DNA of 64,000 nucleotides from positions 49,309 to 113,308 of the forward strand of contig CALXMV010000002.1 in the NCBI GenBank assembly GCA_944389565.1, read 5' to 3'. Each line of letters starts with the position of its first letter. The stretch's first letter is position 1. This DNA is from an uncultured Kiritimatiellota bacterium. Its GTDB lineage: Bacteria > Verrucomicrobiota > Kiritimatiellia > RFP12 > DVOR01. Shown in pieces: positions 9,601 through 16,857 of the stretch. The notes beneath the pieces were generated by a model. It was not told where the DNA came from, made no database searches, and was given only the letters and a program-made list of their open reading frames with translations. The translations under genes and the position numbers were made by a program.

Positions 9601-12600
9601 CCCGGCCACACCTTCCCGCAAGCCGCCGCCCTCGTCCAGGCCGTCCGCGCGCAACTCCCCGCCACCACGCGCCTCTCCCTCCAGGGCACCCGCAGCCGCT
9701 TCCTCGGCGCCTACGCCAACCCACCCGCCGCACAGCCTGCCGCCCCCCGCCCGGCCGAGACGTCCGTCGCCCCGTCAGGGGCGGGCGATTCGCAATCCGC
9801 GATTCACGATTCACGGGGCAGTGGGGCCTCCGGCCTCGCCGCCTACCGCGGCAGCCACCGCGCCCCCAGCCGCGCCGACATCGCCGGCGACGAGGACGAC
9901 ACCACCGTCCCCCTCCGCGACTGGGCCAAGATCGTCCCCGGCGACACCTTCACCCACCCGGAACGCTACTTCGGCGCCAACGCCCTCGCCCTCGAATCCG
10001 CGCGCCTCATCGCCCGGGCGTTGGCCGGCAAGGCCAAAACCATCACCGTCTACCGCGCCGTCCCCGCAGGCCTCCCCGAAGCGCGCCTGAACGACGGCGA
10101 CTGGGTCACCCCCAGCAAAGCCTACGCACAGACCCACGGCCGACACGCGCTGGGCGGCGACTACCGCATCCTCGCTCAGCGCGTCGCCATCGATGACCTC
10201 TTCTGGAACGGCGACAGCCCCGCCGAGCTCGGCTACGACAGCGGCCGCAACCCCGCCCCCGACACCCTCGCCAACCCCGCGCCCGGCGCGCCCGCCCCGC
10301 AAGGGGCACAGCCAATCGGCCAATCCGCCAACCCGCAAATCAGCCAAGCCGGCGCCTATCCCATGCGCGGGGAGGTGACGCCGCACCCCGCCAACCTCGG
10401 CGGCGCGCCAGGCAGTCCTGCCCGCGAGCACGCCCGCATCCCCCTCGCCCTCCCCGACCTCGTCCTGCTCTACAAGGAGCTCACCGAGGGCGCCGTCCCC
10501 CGCGTCATCCACAACCGCGCCAACATGGCCAGCGACCTCGGGCGCTACCGCGTCGGACAAAACGCCATCGAGCTCGCCGGCCGCGTCTTCGGCATCGTCG
10601 ACGACTCCGACCTCGCCACCCTCAAGGAGCGCCTCCGCGCCCGCGGCCTCTTCCGAAACGAGGACCCCGCCTGGTGCCTCACCATGCCCCGCGCCGCCAT
10701 CGCACGCGAGAAGCAGATCTCCGAGGAACGCCTCGCCCGCGAGCTCCGCGCCCTCATGACGCGCCGCGTCCGCGCCATGCACGACGACCTCCCCGCCGCC
10801 AAGGTCATGGCCCACGAGCTCTGGCACCTCATCGACGACCAGGACGGCGGCCTCCGCGGCCGCGGCGACCTCGTCGGCCACCTCGCCGCCCTCAAACACG
10901 CCGCCGCACAGGCCCTCCCCGAGCCCGCCTTCGCCGACCAGCCCGCCCTCGTCGCCGAGGCCAAAGCCTTCATCCGATGGTGGCGCGGCATCGGCCAAGA
11001 CGAGCCCTACTTCGACAAGCCAGAGGAGATGTACGCCGAGATCGGCGCCGCCTACTTCTGTGCCCCAGAGGACCTCAAAGCCCGCGCCCCCCAATGCTTC
11101 GCCGCCTGGGACGCCGCCCTCGCCCGCCACCCCGCCGCCCTCGATGCCGCCCAACGCGCCCGCGCCTACATCGCAACCGGCGGGCGCGACAAACGCCTCG
11201 CCAACGAGCTCGCCGCCACCTGGGGCCGCGAATACCAAGTCGCCCTCCGCCGCTACCGCAACGCCACCGAAGGCTTCGACAACTCCGCCGCCGCCTGGTG
11301 GGACCGCATCCTTGCCGCCCTCTGGGACGACCGCGCCCCAGCCCTCAACCTCCTCAAACGCGCCGTCCGCGCCGCCAAGGCCGAAAACAAACGCAACGCC
11401 AAGGACGACCCCGTCGCCGCCGAGACCCTCGCCGAGGCCGACAAACGCCTCGACGCCATGCTCGCCCACGCCACGCTCAACCACGTCCTCTACCGCCGCA
11501 AAGGCCCCAACAACGCCCGGCTCTACCTCGCCGACGTCAAGGGCGACTTCCTCCGCGCCCTCAACGCCATCGGCCAAGACCAAGACCTCGCCCGCACCTA
11601 CGTCGAGCTCTACGCCACCTACCATCGCATCATCGAGCTCGGCGGCCGCCCCATGCCCCTGGGCCAAACCCCCGCCTCCGCCCGCGCCGGCCTCCTCTAC
11701 ATGCTCCACGACGTCGGCCCCAAAACCTACCGCGCCATCGCGCGCGCCTGGGGCGTCTTCCGCGCCCTCTACGAGCGCGACGTCATCGAACGCCCCGCCA
11801 CCGCCGAGCTCCTCGGCCCCGACTTCGTCAACCTCATGCGCCAAAACGCCCACTACGTCACCTTCCGCCACGCCCCCACCCCCGAAACCCTCGCCCAAGC
11901 CGACCGGCGCGCCCACGAAAACCCCCTCGATGAAGCCGCCCGGCGCCTCCTCAAAACCGCCAACCCCGCCTCCGACGTCGCCAAGATCCTCAAACCCCTC
12001 AAAGGCTCCCACGAACCCATCCAAAACCCCCTCCTCGAGACCATGCGCACCGCCGTCGCCATCATCGTCGCCGCCGAGCGCAACCAAATTGTCCTCGACT
12101 GGGTCCGCGCCCTCCGCGAGCTCCACGCCCCCGACATCCTCGAGCGCGACGGCGCCCACACCACCAACAACCCACGCCTCGGCACCATCGACTTCTGGGA
12201 AAACGGCCAACGCAAAACCCTCATCGTCCCCCGCCGCGTCGCCGCCGGCTTCAACGACACCACCCCCGATTGGCTCCGCTCCATCACCGCCGCCACCCGC
12301 ATCCTCAACGCCGCCCTCACCACCAACAACCCCGGCTTCGTCCCCATCGCCCAAGCCCGCGACCTCTACTCCGCCGCCTACAACATCCGCGGCCTCCACC
12401 GCTGGCCCCTCCACTGGATCCCCGCCGCCGGTGACGCCGCCGCCCTCCTCACCCAATTCATCCCACCCGCCGCCATGCGCGCCATCGGCGAGCACCCCCT
12501 CGGCCGCCTCCTCCTCAACCCCAACACCATCGAATACTGGACCAGCTTCGGCAACCGCATGGCACGCCTCATCCACTCCGGCGACTTCCGCGGCGAGCTC

Positions 12601-15504
12601 GAACGCGCCCGCCAAGACCGACTCGCCGGCCGCGAGGCCCAAGCCCAACAGCGCGAATACCTCGTCCAGATGGCCCGCCGCGCCCTCCAAGACGGCATCC
12701 TCCTCAACATGGTCCAATACCGAAAGCTCACCTACGACGCCTCCGGCTGGAAAGCACTCTTCGACGAATACCACCTCGACTTCGACGAGCCCCCCCTCGA
12801 CCCCGAATCCCCCCTCCGCAAAACCCTCCTCGCCACCCCACGCGCCATCCGCGCCCTCTGGAACGCCACCGGCACCGCCTCCGAAATCGCCTCCGCCACC
12901 ACCAAACTCGCCGTCTACGCCTACCTCAACCAACCCCTCACACCCCCACCCGCCGCCACCCCCGCGCGGCGTGAAACGGAAATCGTGAATCGTGAATCGC
13001 GAGAAACGGGAGGGGTCGCGCGCCCCGCCCCCGCCGCGCCCCTCGCCAACCCCGCCCCCATGCGTCTGGCCAACGGCCCCGGCGGACTCCGCCTCGTCGA
13101 AGGCGCCGCCCCGCAGTCCAAGGACATCTTTGGCATGGACCCGGCCCAGATCGACGCCCTCGCCGCGCTCGCCGACCAAGCCGACGCCCTCCCCCCGGAC
13201 ACCCCCTGGGAGGACGACGCCCTCCGCCAACTCGCCCGAAAAGCCCAAATCGCCCGCGAACGCGCCAAGGCCGACGCCGACCCCCACTGGTACCACGCAC
13301 TCCCCTGGGAACGCCGAGCCCAAGCCGCCGTCGCTCAAACCCGCGCGACCATGGGCCGTGGCACCGACAACATCGACACCCCCGAACGCGACGCGCTCCG
13401 CCGCCGGATCGCCGAGCGCCTCTACAACGGCGGCTCCGCCGAGAAAGGCCGCAAACTCTTCGTCGTCATGGGCCTCCCCGGCAGCGGCAAATCCTCCGCC
13501 GTCGTCAAGAACCTCAAAGCCGAGGTCGGCGACCTCGTCGAAGTCGACGCCGACGAGGCCAAAACCCACCTTCCCGAGTTCCAAGGCGGTAAAAACGCCG
13601 ACATGGTGCATACCGAATCCGGCAAAATCGCCGAGGACTTCCTGCTGCGCGGACTCTGTTTCCCAAACGGCGACAACATCGTCTTCCCAACCGTCGGCAA
13701 AAACACCCAAAAGCTCGAACACCTCTTGCGCGAAGCCAAAGAAGCCGGCTACGCCGTCTACCTCTACAACGTCCGCATCCCCATCGCCGAATCCGCCAAC
13801 CGCGCACTCCGCCGCTACGTCGAGACCGGACGCTTCGTCCCCCCGGACTACATCGTCGACGCCGTCGGCGACAAACCCGACCGTACTTTTGCTATACTCA
13901 AAGACAGAAAGGACCTAGTCGATGGCTACGCAGACCTCTCCAACGACGTCCCCTTCGGCGCCCGACCCCAAACCCTGGAAACATCCCGTCGACCCCCTGC
14001 AGGACTGGGACAACGAGGACTATCTGTATCTCTGGATCCTCGCCAAGGAATACCTGGCCAAACAGCTCGGCCGGGAACCGACCTCGGCGGAGGTGCGCGC
14101 GGAAATGGGCTGGTAGGCGACACCCTCGCCCTCCCCGCCCCCGGCGCCGCCCCCGACGCCCCACGCGGCGCAGGCCAAGCCCCCGGGCCCGACAACCCCA
14201 TAATCTCCGACGCCGACGCCGACGCCAAGGCCATCCTCGAATCCATCGTCTGGCGCGCCACCGTCCTCGCCGGCGACCCCACCTTCGACATCCGCGGCAT
14301 CCTCCTCACCCCCATCGAGCTCGTCTTCGGCCCCTTCATCAACGCCGCCCTCAAAGGCACCTTCCGCTTCGTCCAGACCATCGCCGACACCCTCCCCGAC
14401 GCCCGCCCCGACGGCCGCCCCCGACGCCGCACCCCACTCCTCAACGCCGCCTCCTACGCCGGCAAGATCGGCGCCACCCTCGCCCAACGCCTCATCCTCA
14501 CCGCCCTCTCCACCGGCGGCCTCGTCACCGCCGCCGCCCTCGCCCTCTTCCGCGCCGCCACCGGCAACCCAAACGCCACCGAGCAAGACCTCATGGACTC
14601 CCCCCTCGGCCCCGCCGTCCGCGGCGCCGAACGCCTCGGCCAAGGCTACCGCAACATCTCCCCCTACCTCCTCCAAAACTACAACACCCTCCCACTCTAC
14701 GTCGACGGCGACATCACCATCGCCCTCACCCTCCCCATCGCCGACGAAGAGCGCTTCCCCATCCTCCTCCTCGACGCCACCCTCAACAAACTCGGCTTCC
14801 CCTGGACCCCCAACCCCGCCACCGGCCCCGCCGACGCCGCCGCCAACCTCATCGGCGCCCCCGTCAACTCCCTCCGCGGCCAAGGCACCCTCATCCAATA
14901 CCTTCACCTCCTCTCCCCCTTCCTCTTCAACTACAACCCCTACGACAACTTCCGCGGCCACAAAATCCTCCCCGAGGCCGAATTCGCCGCCCGCTGGGAC
15001 AACCCCGCCGCCGCCGCCACCATCGCCAACCGCCTCATCGAATCCACCCCCCTCGCCATCGCCTGGAAACCACCCCAGCCCCTCACCCCCGAGCAACAAG
15101 CCTCCCTCGACCGCACCCCCTGGCTCGGCCGCTTCCACGCCACCCTCACCCGCGCCCCCCTCCTCTCCACCATCGCCGGCCGCCTCATCCGCGTCCAGAT
15201 CGGCGGCGAGGCCGACCGCATCCGCCGCCTCCGCCGCCTCGACCAGCAACAAGCCCTCGCCGTCCGCCTCCTCGCCCGCCAGAACTACGCCCTCACCCAG
15301 CTCGGCCTCCCCCCGCAGATCCCCCAAGACCTCCCCCCCGAATACGCCAAGGACTACTTCGAGGCCTGGTTCGCCCGCCAAGACGAGCACCTCGCCGCCC
15401 GCTCAAGCGCCCACCGCCGCAAACGCCTCATCCAAGACGCCCTCGCCATCCGCGACCCCAACCTCCGCGACCGCGCCCTCCGCGCCCTCCGACACCTCCC
15501 CTGA
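3697..15504 (+). CDS. Giant multidomain 'polyvalent' protein of 3,935 aa. Contains a ParB-like nuclease domain (nt ~5805-6110), a twice-repeated unknown ~90-aa domain (nt ~7108-7410 and ~8920-9210), an HExxH zincin-like motif (nt ~10812-10826) and a zeta-toxin-like P-loop kinase domain (nt ~13380-13905).
   Basis: A single stop-free frame of 11.8 kb, far beyond chance. ParB signature VTGRHRLDLARRNN. Metallopeptidase motif AHELWH. Walker A GLPGSGKS followed by a zeta-toxin-like region. A GTG at 3697 begins the ORF. An alternative GTG at 3784 has a better RBS (GGGAG at 3771-3775). Confidence 0.75.
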   Translation: MRGARAGPIPPHTTTRRGRPAFSHTGANAVSDTDTTFQELFHVIERDTGAERYVPVAQSRDYARAMREQGRDFDLLEDWESDQGERVAVNPEKREAFLQAARERGIAVRQKRPMWDGATTLWTDGQGGAIAVGQAKREAYQAAAKERGLAVAEIGPEPTFLDPEEADKELMGREHGGFDWGSLLDGLKFPARLAGSAAQGILALPTLAALGGEYAAAKAGLIEEGAHPVSGVGMKAIDAIERAKPEYTFAKDQSLPGRAANALMGGLEFMGALAAGGAAEQGIRAAAGAATRGAGALGATRQAAESIARGGAAAADDATAQAARAAAPKATAAEQSAMRQALADVATAIPPGTPAQEAAKTLGEAYLRRLPAAQFREGARQFAQAALRPGLWKAAPVALGALDVHRAYAQAGHSEDKAMLATLGDAALGYLLVSLGDGFGAFGGAAATTGGTRFFRALAGNAARDPNLRAALAAGAANVLGSAATGAGQAAGHLAILRGALGEEEISDADLLGAAALGGLFGAVPAAAQAIRPIRQAIAEDIATAAARAQAAAQRAARESPTVNRESLTWRPLDATDPSAPPDTPQGPNAGGVWRSPTQRDSRFTTHDSRAIAPSAMAAPVAVSDAGDILFRSGAIWRARTGDLLMPSGAVVSPQGDILTAAPPPAPQPQQPTPAQDDLFGLPPDPAQPPAPAAGQDPAGTLALYDLLREADVQVHNVPIGQIQVNRDIKQFKADADPVTGVVAGEELGGEYQAVPAKPILLLEKLDGSLEVVTGRHRLDLARRNNLPTIPANIIRMADGWTLDMARALDAYDNILDEKGSDQDFIDFFRRARIDRATAEAKGLVTRKKGRDAFDVAEYASEDLYALAMGDARMDAQTAAAIAREAPVPRAAGQRAQGWNQNIQAAVSRAVLEEGLRADDAAIMARSLRQAYAQRIRERGLEQLDLFGNDDTFILAMTVEAKFAAQQIRQIDFDLRGLKTAAGKQSGNLAARDTLIRKYRLKGPEDREGMARAIAALEEQKRRWQNYHTDPELAELAHAHAKRALRLEAIEQEAAAEATQSVARESPEGQSPAPQPAPAAEAAPANQQIGQSANQPAARSAEPRVLPAATMRDAKAHVDKLAEDKVEVSTLNGDTLRFSKQIKKAYSKAAENQSDDRAAHWAAVAALEHLCQSADHIFKEPPRNGSADIAYYHKYAAPFVHGGVGYIAKITAKEYPRQTARGVYSVEAVSLERIGDRGIHASIANGQTLDPVATDKIAQMAERVKRFLDQPALAPEAAPIAAAPESQAATLPLEPPPKRPPLGTSRALIAWQRAHALPGLPPDAVVLIQYGDFVETYESDVPALRAVTGAEPTTRYGRTLVGAPKSGLPAILEALAAQGRTVALVPRTLDQAEIRTPPATPKTPLTQDPPSAPTDSPARPYWGPNRPLPDTGKPRIDVTIGGDPTYTVEDSGLDPSAPLPDDTVVWETATLTGAGHAVAWPVRAYGKPTGIDGAALIGESGMRAIREALAKGAALAKERTALYAGIPANENAKARDRRLARTAEIEAGEAQTVQAIEAVLDRVREPAARYGTPAVGHLVHGKDKDGAMRLWRIVERGSQNSDTLLPDGTVVHTRQLDGDSHQRWVTRPDGTDTPRETWWRTRNADGTANPFTSMDADFYGDAPQTPPVEAPGGTLASPAPDGPSLAAYGLTDEQLNGPGFRPLAKGENFDTVTQGTLARRNQTARNARLGTEAAIRGRNDARKIGHTAKEGENIRAHQYAAKNVLKLYEQAEVAVRSDNYKTHGKGSAPKTYARLFAPFVFQGRTYVAVIAQYEARQNGIHAIEVLDTIEAGRLPEVTSGETQRDARPTERQPASNTHSVPQTVRPVNPATRSELTEPVIDRLIGESKRLNPRVLTLGEDGTLAETPTDAAAVLADVRAAVARFEERARAIAKYRPEPDPAALGRFTFPALPGATLDVVDGRATLTLPPGHTFPQAAALVQAVRAQLPATTRLSLQGTRSRFLGAYANPPAAQPAAPRPAETSVAPSGAGDSQSAIHDSRGSGASGLAAYRGSHRAPSRADIAGDEDDTTVPLRDWAKIVPGDTFTHPERYFGANALALESARLIARALAGKAKTITVYRAVPAGLPEARLNDGDWVTPSKAYAQTHGRHALGGDYRILAQRVAIDDLFWNGDSPAELGYDSGRNPAPDTLANPAPGAPAPQGAQPIGQSANPQISQAGAYPMRGEVTPHPANLGGAPGSPAREHARIPLALPDLVLLYKELTEGAVPRVIHNRANMASDLGRYRVGQNAIELAGRVFGIVDDSDLATLKERLRARGLFRNEDPAWCLTMPRAAIAREKQISEERLARELRALMTRRVRAMHDDLPAAKVMAHELWHLIDDQDGGLRGRGDLVGHLAALKHAAAQALPEPAFADQPALVAEAKAFIRWWRGIGQDEPYFDKPEEMYAEIGAAYFCAPEDLKARAPQCFAAWDAALARHPAALDAAQRARAYIATGGRDKRLANELAATWGREYQVALRRYRNATEGFDNSAAAWWDRILAALWDDRAPALNLLKRAVRAAKAENKRNAKDDPVAAETLAEADKRLDAMLAHATLNHVLYRRKGPNNARLYLADVKGDFLRALNAIGQDQDLARTYVELYATYHRIIELGGRPMPLGQTPASARAGLLYMLHDVGPKTYRAIARAWGVFRALYERDVIERPATAELLGPDFVNLMRQNAHYVTFRHAPTPETLAQADRRAHENPLDEAARRLLKTANPASDVAKILKPLKGSHEPIQNPLLETMRTAVAIIVAAERNQIVLDWVRALRELHAPDILERDGAHTTNNPRLGTIDFWENGQRKTLIVPRRVAAGFNDTTPDWLRSITAATRILNAALTTNNPGFVPIAQARDLYSAAYNIRGLHRWPLHWIPAAGDAAALLTQFIPPAAMRAIGEHPLGRLLLNPNTIEYWTSFGNRMARLIHSGDFRGELERARQDRLAGREAQAQQREYLVQMARRALQDGILLNMVQYRKLTYDASGWKALFDEYHLDFDEPPLDPESPLRKTLLATPRAIRALWNATGTASEIASATTKLAVYAYLNQPLTPPPAATPARRETEIVNRESRETGGVARPAPAAPLANPAPMRLANGPGGLRLVEGAAPQSKDIFGMDPAQIDALAALADQADALPPDTPWEDDALRQLARKAQIARERAKADADPHWYHALPWERRAQAAVAQTRATMGRGTDNIDTPERDALRRRIAERLYNGGSAEKGRKLFVVMGLPGSGKSSAVVKNLKAEVGDLVEVDADEAKTHLPEFQGGKNADMVHTESGKIAEDFLLRGLCFPNGDNIVFPTVGKNTQKLEHLLREAKEAGYAVYLYNVRIPIAESANRALRRYVETGRFVPPDYIVDAVGDKPDRTFAILKDRKDLVDGYADLSNDVPFGARPQTLETSRRPPAGLGQRGLSVSLDPRQGIPGQTARPGTDLGGGARGNGLVGDTLALPAPGAAPDAPRGAGQAPGPDNPIISDADADAKAILESIVWRATVLAGDPTFDIRGILLTPIELVFGPFINAALKGTFRFVQTIADTLPDARPDGRPRRRTPLLNAASYAGKIGATLAQRLILTALSTGGLVTAAALALFRAATGNPNATEQDLMDSPLGPAVRGAERLGQGYRNISPYLLQNYNTLPLYVDGDITIALTLPIADEERFPILLLDATLNKLGFPWTPNPATGPADAAANLIGAPVNSLRGQGTLIQYLHLLSPFLFNYNPYDNFRGHKILPEAEFAARWDNPAAAATIANRLIESTPLAIAWKPPQPLTPEQQASLDRTPWLGRFHATLTRAPLLSTIAGRLIRVQIGGEADRIRRLRRLDQQQALAVRLLARQNYALTQLGLPPQIPQDLPPEYAKDYFEAWFARQDEHLAARSSAHRRKRLIQDALAIRDPNLRDRALRALRHLP
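5369..5396 (-). repeat. GTGAATC heptamer array (reverse orientation): GTGAATC gccgacc GTGAATC GTGAATC
   Basis: Seen in sequence. It encodes RESPTVNRES in a linker of the giant gene. Confidence 0.8.
5497..5524 (+). repeat. GATTCAC x4 array, identical to 1187-1214
   Basis: Seen in sequence. Forms an inverted pair with 5369-5396 across 100 bp. Confidence 0.8.
9787..9814 (+). repeat. Heptamer array GATTCGC AATCCGC GATTCAC GATTCAC followed by GGGG
   Basis: Seen in sequence. It encodes a linker with the sequence GDSQSAIHDSRG. Confidence 0.75.
12971..12998 (-). repeat. Heptamer array, reverse orientation: GTGAAAC GGAAATC GTGAATC GTGAATC
   Basis: Seen in sequence. It encodes RRETEIVNRESRE. Confidence 0.75.
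13887..13898 (+). promoter_or_regulatory. Extended -10-like element TTTTGCTATACT internal to the giant gene, 23 nt upstream of the embedded ORF
   Basis: An exact 12-mer copy of the element at 28701-28712, upstream of the gene at 28722. It fits the TGnTATACT extended -10 pattern. The surrounding region is locally AT-rich. Confidence 0.4.
13922..14116 (+). CDS. Embedded (overprinted) small ORF of 64 aa, in the +1 frame relative to the giant gene
   Basis: ATG at 13922 is preceded by AGAAAGGAC. GC3 is ~80% in this frame, whereas the giant-gene frame falls to ~38% over the same stretch. The product has ordinary globular composition (W, Y, K and L). The segment LAKQLGREPTSAEVRAEMG resembles sigma-70 region 3.0 (…EMGREPTPEELAERM…). 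Confidence 0.35.
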   Translation: MATQTSPTTSPSAPDPKPWKHPVDPLQDWDNEDYLYLWILAKEYLAKQLGREPTSAEVRAEMGW

Positions 15505-15724
15505 AATCCCCATCCCGCTTGCACAAATCCCATCACACCCCGACATAACCCATTAAACCCCCAACGCAAACACATAGGCTCCTAGGTTTCAGTCGTGGCT
15601 CCACCCCGGATTGGCCGTGCTGATTTGCTTTGCCGTTGCGAGCAATCTTGTTTTCCGAGAGACGTTTTGCTATTCTTATACGCGTTGATGGGCGAGACGC
15701 CCAGATGTTCACACGGAGTTTGCC

Positions 15725-16798
15725 ATGAAGCAAAAAGCCCTTTTCAGCCTTTGCCTGACGGCCGCGACGGCCGCGTTGATGACCGGTTGCGCCACGAAGC
15801 AGGAGTCCGCGGCGTGGGAGGCGGATCGTGAGGCGGCGGACGTGACGGCCGCCGAGGAGCGCGCCATGCAGGCGGAGGTGAGCGTGGAGCCCGCGCCGAC
15901 GGTGGAGGCCGAGCCGACCGCCGAGCCGACCGCCGAGGCGCAGCCCACCCAGACCACGACGGAGACGGCCCCCGCCGCGCAGCAGCCGGCGCCCCAGCCG
16001 GTGCGCCCGCAGCCGGTGCCTTACACGGTGACGGCGGGGGATTCCGTGAGCGCGTTGGCGGTGCGTTTCGGCGTGCGCCAGCCCGACATCCTGGCGCTGA
16101 ACCCCGAGGTGCGCAAGGCCCCGGATCGTCTGCGCGTGGGGCAGAAGGTGCTCCTGCCCCCCGGCACGGACGTGACGGTGAAGGCGAAGCCGCGCGCGGC
16201 GCGGCCCGCGGCGAACCCGCCCAAGGGCGCGACCGTCTATACCGTCCGCCCCGGTGACGTGCTCGGCGGCATTGCCCTGACGCACGGGGTGACGGTCAAG
16301 ACGATCGTCGAGGCCAACAAGCTGAAGGGCGACACGATTTTCGTGGGGCAGAAGTTGGTGATCCCCGGGGCGAAGAAGCGTGGCCGGGTAACGACCGCGA
16401 CCGATCCCGCGTCGAAGCCGGCGGCCAAGCCCGCGCCCGCCCCGGCCAAGCCGGCCGAAGCCTCCAAGCCCGCCACGGGGGAGCCTTTGCCGCCGCCGCC
16501 CGCGAAGGACGGGGCCGAAGATCCGGACGCCGACCAGCTGGGCGAGGAGGCGTTGCCGCCGCCGCCCGCGAAGGACGAGGCCGGTGAGGCCGCGTTGCCG
16601 CCCGCGCCGCAGGGCGAGGCGCCCGCCGCCATGCAGACCTACGTGGTTCAGCCGGGCGAGGATCTGGTGGCCGTCTCCTTCCGTTGGGGCGTGAGCCTGC
16701 CGGCGCTTCGCGCGGCGAACGGGTTGGACGAGGCCGCGGGCAACGACATCCCCGCGGGGACGACGCTGAAGATCCCGCTGACGCCGCAGGCGCAGTGA
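15725..16798 (+). CDS. LysM-repeat lipoprotein with three LysM domains and a Pro/Ala-rich linker
   Basis: Signal peptide with a lipobox (…ALMTGCATK). LysM motifs YTVTAGDSVSALAVRFGV, YTVRPGDVLGGIAL and YVVQPGEDLVAVSFRWGV. Confidence 0.8.
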   Translation: MKQKALFSLCLTAATAALMTGCATKQESAAWEADREAADVTAAEERAMQAEVSVEPAPTVEAEPTAEPTAEAQPTQTTTETAPAAQQPAPQPVRPQPVPYTVTAGDSVSALAVRFGVRQPDILALNPEVRKAPDRLRVGQKVLLPPGTDVTVKAKPRAARPAANPPKGATVYTVRPGDVLGGIALTHGVTVKTIVEANKLKGDTIFVGQKLVIPGAKKRGRVTTATDPASKPAAKPAPAPAKPAEASKPATGEPLPPPPAKDGAEDPDADQLGEEALPPPPAKDEAGEAALPPAPQGEAPAAMQTYVVQPGEDLVAVSFRWGVSLPALRAANGLDEAAGNDIPAGTTLKIPLTPQAQ

Positions 16799-16857
16799 GG
16801 CGCGGGCGTCCCGCCCGGGGGGCGCGGTTCGCCGCGCCCCCTTTGCTTTGAGGCGGG

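Noticed and set aside
5521-13722. Very long minus-strand ORFs (5521..8562, 9811..13722, 14020..15390) and plus/minus ORFs 3648..5372 and 3763..5493 overlapping the giant gene
   Set aside because: They are Gly/Ala/Arg/Val-rich low-complexity translations, typical of antisense or shifted frames in ~70% GC coding DNA. They have no RBS and no motifs, and the giant plus-frame explains the region.
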